Positions 52,664 to 61,852 are shown, counted from the stretch's first letter. The stretch: 64,000 nucleotides of DNA from Alphaproteobacteria bacterium (GCA_965249135.1 OZ252220.1:64001-128000); one strand, 5' to 3'. Numbers and translations: made by a program. Notes: generated by a model from the letters alone, not told the origin.

Positions 52664-53422
52664 ATGCCAATGCCAGCCTTGCCAACCGCCTGCCTTCTGG
52701 TCATCGGCAACGAGATCCTTTCCGGCCGGACGCGGGACGAACATATCCCCTATTTCGGAAAGCGCCTGAACGAGTGGGGTATTCGTTTGTCCGAGGTGCG
52801 GGTCGTTGCGGACGACAAGGAAGCGATTGCCGAGGCGGTAAATGCATGCCGTGCTCGCCATGCTTACCTGTTCACGACGGGCGGCATCGGCCCCACCCAC
52901 GACGACGTCACGGCGGCGGCCGTCGCCGAGGCCTTCGGGCAGCCCCTGGAACGTCATCCAAAGGCCGTCGAGATATTGAATGCCTATTACGGACCTGAAC
53001 GAATCAACGAGGCCCGCTTGCACATGGCGGAGATGCCAAGGGGCGCCGAGCTCATCTCGAATCCGGTAAGCAAGTCGCCCGGCTTTCGGATGGAAAACGT
53101 CTTCGTGCTGCCGGGCCCGCCGCTCGTGTTGCAGCCGATGCTCGAAGGCGTGGGCCCCGAATTGATGGGAGGGCCACCGATGCTGGCGCGTGCGGTCTCG
53201 GCCAAGCTTGGCGAGGGCGTGATCGCTTCCGGGCTGGCAGAGATCCAGACGCGCCACCCGGAGGTCGAAATCGGAAGCTATCCCTACTTCCGCGACGGCA
53301 AGCTCGGCGTCAGCGTCGTCGTCCGCGGCATCGAGGAGGCGGCCTTGTCCGACACCTTGCGGGAAGTCACGCGCTTGCTGGAAGACTTAGGCGGCAATCC
53401 GGTCGCCGAAGCGCCGGACTGA
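52664..53422 (+). CDS. CinA-like molybdopterin-binding domain protein
   Basis: IGNEILSG, TTGGIGPTHDDVT, IGSYP. Confidence 0.88.
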   Translation: MPMPALPTACLLVIGNEILSGRTRDEHIPYFGKRLNEWGIRLSEVRVVADDKEAIAEAVNACRARHAYLFTTGGIGPTHDDVTAAAVAEAFGQPLERHPKAVEILNAYYGPERINEARLHMAEMPRGAELISNPVSKSPGFRMENVFVLPGPPLVLQPMLEGVGPELMGGPPMLARAVSAKLGEGVIASGLAEIQTRHPEVEIGSYPYFRDGKLGVSVVVRGIEEAALSDTLREVTRLLEDLGGNPVAEAPD

Positions 53423-53488
53423 ACCATCCCGTTTGCTTGTCTGCCTGTCGCACGGGGATTAGGGTGCGGCGAGTTTGCCCTTCCATCG

Positions 53489-53577
53489 GCCCGCTTGGCG
53501 GAATTGGTAGACGCAACGGACTTAAAATCCGTTTCCTGGAAACGGGAGTGCTGGTTCGAGTCCAGCAGCGGGCACCA
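53489..53577 (+). tRNA. tRNA-Leu(TAA)
   Basis: GCCCGCT...AGCGGGC ACCA acceptor; ACGGA-CTTAAAA-TCCGT anticodon arm; long variable arm; GGTTCGAG T-loop. Confidence 0.96.
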
Positions 53578-53599
53578 TCGGATTTACTTTTGCTTTCCC

Positions 53600-55363
53600 T
53601 TACGCCAGCGCCTCGAAAAGAGGCGCCAGACGATGCTCGTAGTGCCGCCAGTGCCGGACCGCCTTCGTGGTCATCGGCCGGCGAATTTGGGCGACACTTG
53701 CAATCTGCACCTGCCGCTCCGTCTTATGGAAATCGAGGCATGCCGCTTCCCAGGGAAGCCCGCAGAAATCCAAGACCTTTCGCGTGACCGTTTCCGGATC
53801 CTCGACAAGGCTCTCGTAAGAGACATCGAAGATGCGCCCGGGCAGCACCGCACGCCAGTGATTCATTAAGCGTTCGTACAGCTTATAGAAGCGCCCGAGT
53901 TCGGTGAGGTCATACGCAAAGTTTCGTTCCTCGTCGAAAAGGCGCTTGTAACAGGAAAGACAGGTATCGAATGGATTGCGCATCGCGTGAAGAATCTTCG
54001 CATTCGGGAACGTCAAATGAATAAGACCGATGATGCGAAAATTATAGAGCCATTTGTCTGCGATGCACTGCGCATCCGGGGCCAGACGGGTCATGCTGTC
54101 CACATAGGTTTGTCCGAAGCGTTCGAAATCTTTTGCTTCCAGGCCGCGAATCGTCTCAGGAAATTCGCGCTCGGACGATGCGCCTAACCGGTGTGCGTGA
54201 TACGCAAGCTCTTTACGTTCACCGGCGCCGTAAACGTGGGAATGGCTCGCCAAGATCTGTTCAATAAGACTCGCGCCGGAACGTGGCATGCCGATGATGA
54301 AAATAGGTTTTTCACTGGCACAACCCTTGACCGCGCGCTCGGTTAGGAAGGGTTTGTCAAAGGTGTTAAGGATCCGATTCGTCATCGCTTCTTCCTCGGC
54401 GATGTCGAACGTGCAGGTCGCGCGCTTTAATTCATTCCCCCGTGCGTAGTGGTCGAAGGCACGGTCATAATCCTCGCAATCCTCATACGCTTTGCCGAGT
54501 GCGAAACAGAGGTGCATCGCCTGCTGGTCGGATAGCGCCGGTTTGGCAAGTTTCGTTTCCATCGCCGCGATGTCGGGATCTTGGGCCAAAAAACTTTTCA
54601 GATCCGCAATCCGAAGATGAACCATCGTAAAGTCCGGCTGTTGTTGCAGGACGTGACGAAAGGCCGTTTCCGCCTCCTCGAAACGCCCCAGTCCCATCAA
54701 TGTATTGCCGAGGTTGTAATGCGCTTCGATAAAATTCGGCGCTTCTTTAAGGGCCTGGCGATAGATGGCAAGCGCTTCGTCGGATCGGCGCATTTCGACG
54801 AGCGTAGTGCCGAGATTCACAACCGCTTCGAGCAATTGCGGCTGCAGTTTAATCGCCGTTCGGTAGGCTGTGATTGCCTCTTCGAATTGGCGCGAATTCG
54901 CAAGAGCGAGACCAAGGTTGTACTGCGCGCCTGCATTAGCGGGCTCGGTTGCCAGGTAAGTTTGATAGGCCGCGATTGCTTCTTCGAACCGTCCAAGGGC
55001 CATTAGTGCGTTCCCAAGGTTGTAATGGGGGGCGGCATTCGCAGGCTCGAGCGCGATTGATTGACCATAAGCGTCGATGGCTTCTTCAAACTTTCCTTGC
55101 TGATGGAGAGCGGCGCCGAGATTGAAATGGGTATCGGCCGAGTTCGGATCCTGTGCCAGCGATTTCTCGAAGCAGGCGATCGCCTCCGCCACGTTGCCCT
55201 TCTGGTGACAAAGCACGCCAAGGGAATGCAAAATGGTAGAGTCGGTTGGTTGGCTGGCGAGCAGCTTCCGATAGATCCTTTCTGCGTCATCCAACAGCCC
55301 TTGCTGATGAAGATGAAGCGCATCTTGAAGGACGGCGGCGTTTGAGCTGTCCGTATCTTCCAT
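53600..55363 (-). CDS. TPR-repeat sulfotransferase family protein
   Basis: Several TPRs (HYNLGNAL-type); PIFIIGMPRSG, RNPFDTCLS, YESLV, FCGLPWE; start ATG 55363. Confidence 0.88.
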   Translation of the reverse strand: MEDTDSSNAAVLQDALHLHQQGLLDDAERIYRKLLASQPTDSTILHSLGVLCHQKGNVAEAIACFEKSLAQDPNSADTHFNLGAALHQQGKFEEAIDAYGQSIALEPANAAPHYNLGNALMALGRFEEAIAAYQTYLATEPANAGAQYNLGLALANSRQFEEAITAYRTAIKLQPQLLEAVVNLGTTLVEMRRSDEALAIYRQALKEAPNFIEAHYNLGNTLMGLGRFEEAETAFRHVLQQQPDFTMVHLRIADLKSFLAQDPDIAAMETKLAKPALSDQQAMHLCFALGKAYEDCEDYDRAFDHYARGNELKRATCTFDIAEEEAMTNRILNTFDKPFLTERAVKGCASEKPIFIIGMPRSGASLIEQILASHSHVYGAGERKELAYHAHRLGASSEREFPETIRGLEAKDFERFGQTYVDSMTRLAPDAQCIADKWLYNFRIIGLIHLTFPNAKILHAMRNPFDTCLSCYKRLFDEERNFAYDLTELGRFYKLYERLMNHWRAVLPGRIFDVSYESLVEDPETVTRKVLDFCGLPWEAACLDFHKTERQVQIASVAQIRRPMTTKAVRHWRHYEHRLAPLFEALA

Positions 55364-55675
55364 GGGATACCGTTCTACACGACGGCCGGATGATTGCGAT
55401 CGATATACGCCAACGTTCAGCAGGAAGCTCCGCTTTCCCCGGGGGCCTTCAGCGAAGGCTCGGTGGAGAGCGGAGAGACGGACGATGTTGCAGTGCACAA
55501 AACACCGGGCAAGCGTTCTAAAAATGGGGCGCGCCCGCACGGGACGAAAAAGGCAACACGAACAAGCAGATGTGAAATGCTCTTGCCATTCGCTCACCCA
55601 TTTTTTAAGAGAGCGTTGAGGATGATTTTTAAGCTGGCGGTAACCATCTATACCCTTGGAAAACGTGCAGTTTCA

Positions 55676-55704
55676 TTGACTTTTTCGCCTAAAATTCCTA
55701 TGTT
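55676..55704 (+). promoter_or_regulatory. Candidate sigma70 promoter of the monooxygenase operon
   Basis: TTGACT-17 bp-TATGTT about 60 bp upstream of the alpha-subunit ATG. Confidence 0.55.
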
Positions 55705-55766
55705 ACAAGTAAGGAATTGTATGCGCCGGGTGCAGCCCAGGCGCCAAAGATTGGAAGGTAAGCAAA

Positions 55767-57332
55767 ATGGTCGCGGTTCCGAAAGTCGAAGTCAGGCCAC
55801 AGGAGGTTCACAAATACCTCCAGGAGTTTGGCTGGAACATCGGCAAACGTCGCGGCAAGTACCCGACGAAATACAACTACAATCCAAACGCGCGTGAGCA
55901 GTTCAAGCTCATCGCCAAGGAATATTGCCGCATGGAAGAGGAAAAAGACGACCGCCAGTATGGCACGCTCCTCGATGGTCTTGCGCGGATGAGTGTCGGC
56001 AGTCGGATCGAGCCACGTTGGAACGAGGTGATGAAGATTGCCTCGGACTTCCTGGCATCCGGTGAGTACGCGGCGATCTCGGGCACCGCCGTTTTGTGGA
56101 ACGCGACGCAAAGCCCTGAGCTGAAGAACGGCTACCTTGCTCAAACGATGGACGAGATCCGACATACGGCGCAGACGGGCTATCTAAACTCTTACATGGC
56201 AAAGCACACCTACGATCCGGCAGGTCATTCGGATTCGAGGCGCGTGCGCTACATGAACCCGCTATTTCGGCCTTGCCGGCGGGCCCTCGTCGAAGGATTC
56301 TGCGCCGGCGATCCGGTCGAATGCTCGCTGAACCTTCAGATGGTCGCCGAAGCCTGCTTCACGAACCCACTTATCGTCGGTTTGACGGAATGGGCGGCGG
56401 CGAATGGTGACGAAGTCACCCCGACGATCTTCCTTAGTATCGAGACGGACGAACTTCGTCACATGGCGAATGGCTATCAGACGATCGTCTCGATCATTCA
56501 CGAGCAGGAAAATCACAAATACATCCAGACGGATCTCGAAAACACGTTCTGGATACAGAACAAGTTCATCACCCCGTTCGTAGGTGCGGTGCTGGAATAC
56601 GGGTCCGTAAACAAGGTCGAGCCTTGGGCGGTTACCTGGGATCGCTGGGTGTATCAGGACTGGGCATCCATGTGGCTCGGCAGGCTTGCGAAATTCGGCA
56701 TTAAGACACCGCGGAATCTGTTGGAAGCGAAGGTTGAAGCCTACTGGTCCCACCACGCGGCCTTCCTAGTTGCGACGGCGCTATGGCCGCTCATGTTGAT
56801 CCGTATCGAGCCGCCGAACGAGAAGGATGCGGAATGGTTCGAGAAGAGTTACCCAAGCTGGTATGCGCGCTATGGCGTGCTCTATGATGTCTGGAAGGGC
56901 ATGAACTATCAGGATCCGGCCAGTAACTTCATTCCTTATCAGTGGCTGCAGAAGAACAACGTGCGTGTTTATGTCTGCCGCACCTGCCAGATGCCGACGG
57001 TTTCACCGGACGTCTATGGCGGAGCGAAGAAGGCGCGGGTCGTCGAATATGGTGGTCGGCTCCACGCCTTCTGCTCGGATATGTGCGAGCGGATGTTCTT
57101 CATGGAACCGGAGCGTTATCACAACCAGATGTCGTTCTTCGAGGAATTCGATGGCTGGAACTTGGCAGACATCGTCGAGAAGTTCCATGGCGTCCGCTCC
57201 GATGGCAAGACGTTGACATCCCAGCCACATCTTGACTCGAAGCGCATGTGGACCGTGGACGATCTGCGTGCGTGCGATTGCGTGATCGAAGACCCGTTAC
57301 GCGTATTCCACGGCACTGCGGCTACGCATTAA
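55767..57332 (+). CDS. Soluble di-iron monooxygenase hydroxylase alpha subunit (MmoX/BmoX-like)
   Basis: Di-iron ligands E100, E130xxH133, E195, E229xxH232; EQFKLIAKEY, ECSLNLQ, EACFTNPLIV, TEWAAANGDE, SIETDELRHMANGYQT, RSDGKTL match remembered MmoX. Confidence 0.95.
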   Translation: MVAVPKVEVRPQEVHKYLQEFGWNIGKRRGKYPTKYNYNPNAREQFKLIAKEYCRMEEEKDDRQYGTLLDGLARMSVGSRIEPRWNEVMKIASDFLASGEYAAISGTAVLWNATQSPELKNGYLAQTMDEIRHTAQTGYLNSYMAKHTYDPAGHSDSRRVRYMNPLFRPCRRALVEGFCAGDPVECSLNLQMVAEACFTNPLIVGLTEWAAANGDEVTPTIFLSIETDELRHMANGYQTIVSIIHEQENHKYIQTDLENTFWIQNKFITPFVGAVLEYGSVNKVEPWAVTWDRWVYQDWASMWLGRLAKFGIKTPRNLLEAKVEAYWSHHAAFLVATALWPLMLIRIEPPNEKDAEWFEKSYPSWYARYGVLYDVWKGMNYQDPASNFIPYQWLQKNNVRVYVCRTCQMPTVSPDVYGGAKKARVVEYGGRLHAFCSDMCERMFFMEPERYHNQMSFFEEFDGWNLADIVEKFHGVRSDGKTLTSQPHLDSKRMWTVDDLRACDCVIEDPLRVFHGTAATH

Positions 57333-57352
57333 ATCCTATCGGTCTCGTCGGA

Positions 57353-57380
57353 GAGGGGGTTTCACGATAGGAACCCCCTC
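57353..57380 (+). other. Intergenic stem-loop between the alpha and beta genes
   Basis: GAGGGGGTT / AACCCCCTC followed by a T-rich tract. Confidence 0.5.
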
Positions 57381-57448
57381 CCGTTTCTTTGACCCAAGCG
57401 TTCGAAGATTCCCGTATCAGGGGACGGCTAGAGAGGAAGCACATCCCG

Positions 57449-58606
57449 ATGCCTATTAAGAAAACTAAAGTCCGAAGAGGCATTTTCCCGGATACCGAGC
57501 CGCAAGAATCGGAGCCGCTTTCGGAAGATCGTAATTACGTCTATTTCGCAAAGCCGCGATGGAAGAAGCTGACGGAATACGAAAGGCTGATCCTCTATGC
57601 GCAACCGAACCCGGATTGGATTCCCGGAGGCCTTGATTGGGGGGATACGCCGGCGAAGTTCAGCGGCGGTCGCGATACCTGGGGCAATTATTTCACGGAG
57701 ATGCGCTGTCAGGATTGGTATGCCTTCCGGGATCCCCACCGGCGCTGGCAATACCCATACGTGTCGGAAAAGGCAGATGAATGGCGCAGTCTGCAGCGCC
57801 GTCTCGCCGCCTATGCGGAATTGCGCGAATGGGAAGTGATGAATCCGTGGTGGCGGGACGAGATCATCGGCAAGATTTGGGCGGCGTTTCTTCATCATGA
57901 ATATGGTGTGTTCAACTCCATGTCCTCCGTCTGCAGGGACGTATTGAGCGACATCATTCGCACCGCAACCTGTTCGGGTGCCTTCGATCTGCTTGACAAT
58001 TCGCAGATGATCCACATGCAGCGGCTGTTCCTGGCCAAGATTCTGCCGGATACGTTTAATCCGGAGATCGGTCTTGGGAAGGAGGCATGGCAATCGTCCG
58101 ACCTTTACGCGCCGGCCATTAAACTGGTCGACGAATTGTGGGACGAGACAAGCGATCATTGTGAGATCATGTTCGCCCTCTTCATGATCCACCAGCCGCT
58201 ATTCAGCCGGGTGGTCCGGAACGAGCTCATGGAACGCCATGCCGGGTTCTTTGGCGATACGCTGACCAGCCTTTTCCTTCCGGATATGAGCCGGGCCCAT
58301 CGCGTGGCCATGGATTGGAACTTCGACCTGTTCCACAATATCTTTGCCGGCGATCCGGAGTTTGGGCCGATGAACCTGAAAATCATGCAACTCTGGTTGG
58401 AACGCTGGTTGCCGAAGACGCTCGAGTGTGTGCACGCCTTCAAGGACGTGTTCGAACTTCCGGAAATCAAGGCCGCACGCGTGGCAATGGGCGCCGCCCC
58501 CATTGACGAACGGTTTGCAACCCTCCTGGCGGATTGGCAGGAGAAATATCTTGATCCAATAGGGCTCGAGATGGATTTGAACGCGGCGAAAAAAGCCGCC
58601 GCTTGA
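57449..58606 (+). CDS. SDIMO hydroxylase beta subunit (MmoY-like)
   Basis: PRWKKLTEYE, YAQPNPDWIPGGLDWG, DWYAFRDP, ADEWR; SD GAGAGG before ATG 57449. Confidence 0.92.
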   Translation: MPIKKTKVRRGIFPDTEPQESEPLSEDRNYVYFAKPRWKKLTEYERLILYAQPNPDWIPGGLDWGDTPAKFSGGRDTWGNYFTEMRCQDWYAFRDPHRRWQYPYVSEKADEWRSLQRRLAAYAELREWEVMNPWWRDEIIGKIWAAFLHHEYGVFNSMSSVCRDVLSDIIRTATCSGAFDLLDNSQMIHMQRLFLAKILPDTFNPEIGLGKEAWQSSDLYAPAIKLVDELWDETSDHCEIMFALFMIHQPLFSRVVRNELMERHAGFFGDTLTSLFLPDMSRAHRVAMDWNFDLFHNIFAGDPEFGPMNLKIMQLWLERWLPKTLECVHAFKDVFELPEIKAARVAMGAAPIDERFATLLADWQEKYLDPIGLEMDLNAAKKAAA

Positions 58607-58642
58607 TGCGGTTTACCGATCCAGCTTAAGAGGGGTGCGGAA

Positions 58643-59101
58643 ATGGATGACAAGGAAAAAAAGGATGGCGTCGAAGCAGTCGAACACGTCAGCCACGAAG
58701 ACCACATCAAGGAAATTCAATACGATGAGGATACCTTCGACGCACAGGCCTTCCAGGACAAGTTCTTAAGCCAAGACAAGCTTCGCTCGACGGATAACGT
58801 CGCGATGGCGTTGATGAAGACGGAAGAAATCGAGTTCATCGTTGAGGAATTTTTGGTGGACAAGGAGGGCATTTACATCGAGGATCGATCGGCCTTCTTC
58901 TATGTGGATTCGTGTGTGGAAATTGTCCTCGATTTCGATGAAATCGAAGAAGCGCTTGGTCGCCCATACAACGTCTATGATTTTCTCGTGAACCTCTCGA
59001 CAGCCGTCGGACGGGCACTCACGGTTGGAAACAAGTTCGTCCTCACGACGCGTTTGGTCGGCATCGAAATGGAAGTCGATGAGGAACCTGACGCCACCTA
59101 A
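58643..59101 (+). CDS. SDIMO coupling/regulatory protein (MmoB-like, with N-terminal extension)
   Basis: LGRPYNVYDFLVNLSTAVGRALTVGNKF resembles MmoB LGRQFNVYDFLVDVSSTIGRAYTLGNKF. Confidence 0.9.
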   Translation: MDDKEKKDGVEAVEHVSHEDHIKEIQYDEDTFDAQAFQDKFLSQDKLRSTDNVAMALMKTEEIEFIVEEFLVDKEGIYIEDRSAFFYVDSCVEIVLDFDEIEEALGRPYNVYDFLVNLSTAVGRALTVGNKFVLTTRLVGIEMEVDEEPDAT

Positions 59102-59207
59102 AAAGCTAGCATTTCCAACCACGAATTCCGTGTGACGATGCGATCAGCCGCCAAGTGCGTGTGCCGACTGGATGCGTTCTAACGAACCGGGTTTAAAGGC
59201 GTTTTAG

Positions 59208-60242
59208 GTGATGCATAAAGTGCGTTGCACCTTCATGGACGGAAAGGAGTTCGAATTCGACTGCAGTTCGGATGAGAACGTCCTTGCGGCTGCCCGGCGT
59301 CAGAATATCATTCTACCGGCCTATTGCTTGGAAGGTATTTGCGGGACCTGCAAGGCGCGGCTCGAAGAAGGGGAAGTGGATATGGGCCATGCCGAACTCG
59401 GTGCCCTCAGCCCTTCGGAGGAAGAAGAAGGCTACGTGCTTCTCTGCCAGGCCCATCCGGAAACCGATATCGAGGTCCAATTCGAAATCGATTCCGAGCG
59501 CGTCACCGCCCCCCAGGAAGCCCAGGCGGAGATCCTTGAACTGGGTCCCGCCTCACCGGCGGGAGACGTTTATCGGCTTGTTCTTAAAGGAGAATTTTCA
59601 GATATCTTCTTCTGGAACCCGGGCCAGTACATCGCGATTAACGTGACGGATACGCCGGAATGGCGCATGTTCTCCATGGCGAATACGGCGAGCATGGACA
59701 ACGTCCTCGAGTTCTATATCCGCATTCTCCCCGACGGGGTCTTTTCGGACTTTCTCCGGGATCAGGCGAAGGCCGGCGACACGTTGGCCATCAAGGGCCC
59801 TTACGGGCTTTTCTTCTATAACATTACCGATCGCCCCCCCGTTTTCATAGGCGGCGGGACGGGCCTTGCGCCAAACCTTGCGATGATTCGCCAGCTTTCC
59901 ACCCAGTTTTATCCGAAACGGATCCGTCTCTTCTTTGGCGTCACCAATCCGGGGGAGCTTCATTGCAAGGAAGAAATCGAGAGTCTGCAGGATGCACTTC
60001 CCGATTTTGCCCCCTACTATGCCTGCGTGAATGCCGACGAATCCTGGGAAGGAGACAAGGGCTTCGTCACGGATAGCCTGTTGAAGCACATGGCGGAGGA
60101 GGATTTCACGGGTTACGAATTCTATCTTTGCGGACCGCCGCCAATGGTTGAGGCCGTCGACAAGATCCTGCAGGAAAAAGGGGTCGAACGCTCGCAAATC
60201 CACCGTGAGGAATTTGTTCCCTCTGGTGTAACGGACACCTAG
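59208..60242 (+). CDS. SDIMO reductase (2Fe-2S ferredoxin-FAD/NAD, MmoC-like)
   Basis: CLEGICGTC...LLCQ, PGQY, RMFSMAN, GGGTGLAP, YLCGPPPM, EEF. Confidence 0.93.
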   Translation: MMHKVRCTFMDGKEFEFDCSSDENVLAAARRQNIILPAYCLEGICGTCKARLEEGEVDMGHAELGALSPSEEEEGYVLLCQAHPETDIEVQFEIDSERVTAPQEAQAEILELGPASPAGDVYRLVLKGEFSDIFFWNPGQYIAINVTDTPEWRMFSMANTASMDNVLEFYIRILPDGVFSDFLRDQAKAGDTLAIKGPYGLFFYNITDRPPVFIGGGTGLAPNLAMIRQLSTQFYPKRIRLFFGVTNPGELHCKEEIESLQDALPDFAPYYACVNADESWEGDKGFVTDSLLKHMAEEDFTGYEFYLCGPPPMVEAVDKILQEKGVERSQIHREEFVPSGVTDT

Positions 60243-60326
60243 AAACCCCCAATCATCTTCAAATACCGCATTCGGCGCGGATGGCTCTTTCTGTAGGCGG
60301 CGCTTGGGTTCCGATGGTTAAAATAA

Positions 60327-60349
60327 GCGATTTTGCATCGCAAAATCGC
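60327..60349. promoter_or_regulatory. Perfect 10-3-10 inverted repeat, candidate operator or hairpin
   Basis: GCGATTTTGC-ATC-GCAAAATCGC. Confidence 0.45.
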
Positions 60350-60739
60350 CGGCATCGACGTATGCGTTGGAAGCAAATTTGCTGCTACCTTAAGAGTCAA
60401 CGGAAACATCGCCGTGACACGCCCGATCTCGCAGAAACCCTAGAGAAATCTTATTGACTGAATCGCCTTTTTCACGCTACTGCTATGGAAACCAAACGTA
60501 AGAATTTGGGGTTTGTTATCATGTGACTACAGGGGGGGATGCGCGTCTAACGGAGTTCAAAGCAGGATTCCTGATCGTGCTCCGGAAAATCGATTGAGTT
60601 TCATCTGGGTTTTCCCAATCCCTTTCCATGCGGGCCGGATTCTTGCTCGGCAACGTTTTGATTTGAGATTGTCGTCGATGAAGTTGGCGGGAAGCTGCCT
60701 GAAAAACTTCGATGACGACACCTTTTAGGGGAAGGGCGT

Positions 60740-61852
60740 ATGCAAACAGGGAAACTAGGCGTCTTCGCTTCGAAGGTCGCTCCGTGGGCGATCATCGGGG
60801 GGCTTTTGATCGTTTCGCGGGTTGAACCCGAGCCAGTTGGGCAACCGGTCCAGATCCCGCCGATTGGCGAACGCGACCGGTATTATGGAATCCAGATACC
60901 CGAACCGGGCATCCTTTGGATGGTTGGCAATGGCGGAAAAATCATCCGCAGCGAGGATGATGGTGTGACCTGGAAAATCCAGGATACGCCGACGACTCTG
61001 AATTTAATGTCGATCGCCGCCTGGGATAAGGACAACGCCATAGTGGTGGGGAACACCGGGCTCATAATGGTGACGCAGGACGGCGGTCAGACCTGGGAAG
61101 AGCGGGGTTCTCCCAAATCCAGGATTGCCAACAAGCTGATCCGCGTGCGCATCATCTCCGGTACCGATAAGGCGCTGGCCGTCGGCATCTTGGGCAAGGT
61201 TCTGCTCTCGCAGGATAGGGGCGATACCTGGGAGCAGCAGTACTTCTATTACGACTTTTCCTTCTTCGAAGAGCGTTTCAACGATCTGGCGGGCGGTGTC
61301 CGACGGGTCAATCAGGACGTCATTCGCCGGGGACGTTTCTCACGGGACATCATCTTTCACGACATTGCCATTCTTGGCGAATGCGAGTGGATGGTGACCG
61401 CCGAGTTCGGCTATTTGCTTCAAACGAAGGACTGCGGCTACAATTGGCGCGAACTTCGTCCAGCTTACGATAGCATTCACAGCATCAAATTCCGGGATAA
61501 GGACCACGGCGTCATCGTCGGAGGTTCGGCGACAATCCTGGTCACGTCCGATGGCGGCGAGAATTGGGATCAACTGGACCCAGAGGGTGTTCCAACCTCG
61601 CATCTTTACGATGTCGAGTGGGTAGATGAGGCCCAGACTTGGGTCGCCACGGGTGAAGGTGGCCTTGTCGTGAAAAGCGACGCATCCGGTGACACCTGGA
61701 ATGCCGAGTTGGTTAGTCCCGGTAAATCTCCCTGGTTTGTCGATCTCGAGCCGCATAAAGGCACGCTTTATATCTGTGGCGAAGACGCTGGGATTTTGAC
61801 GGTGGATTCCGGGGACTGGGTCGAACTTCCCCGCCCCGAGTCACACTTTTAG
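60740..61852 (+). CDS. YCF48/BNR-repeat beta-propeller protein
   Basis: Asp-box repeats SEDDGVTW, TQDGGQTW, SQDRGDTW, TSDGGENW; N-terminal hydrophobic anchor. Confidence 0.85.
   Translation: MQTGKLGVFASKVAPWAIIGGLLIVSRVEPEPVGQPVQIPPIGERDRYYGIQIPEPGILWMVGNGGKIIRSEDDGVTWKIQDTPTTLNLMSIAAWDKDNAIVVGNTGLIMVTQDGGQTWEERGSPKSRIANKLIRVRIISGTDKALAVGILGKVLLSQDRGDTWEQQYFYYDFSFFEERFNDLAGGVRRVNQDVIRRGRFSRDIIFHDIAILGECEWMVTAEFGYLLQTKDCGYNWRELRPAYDSIHSIKFRDKDHGVIVGGSATILVTSDGGENWDQLDPEGVPTSHLYDVEWVDEAQTWVATGEGGLVVKSDASGDTWNAELVSPGKSPWFVDLEPHKGTLYICGEDAGILTVDSGDWVELPRPESHF

Noticed and set aside
52580-53257. Apparent 226-aa N-terminal extension on SfsA
   Set aside because: Overlaps the CinA-like gene on the other strand; SfsA similarity starts at ATG 52579
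55767-60242. Calling the cluster bona fide methane monooxygenase (mmoXYBC)
   Set aside because: No mmoZ/mmoD, substitutions at C151, N116 and F188, and no methylotrophy genes in the window; gene symbols withheld
60513-60795. Short ORFs as a hidden gamma subunit or MmoD
   Set aside because: 64-71 aa, much shorter than MmoZ, with no similarity I can recognise and weak starts
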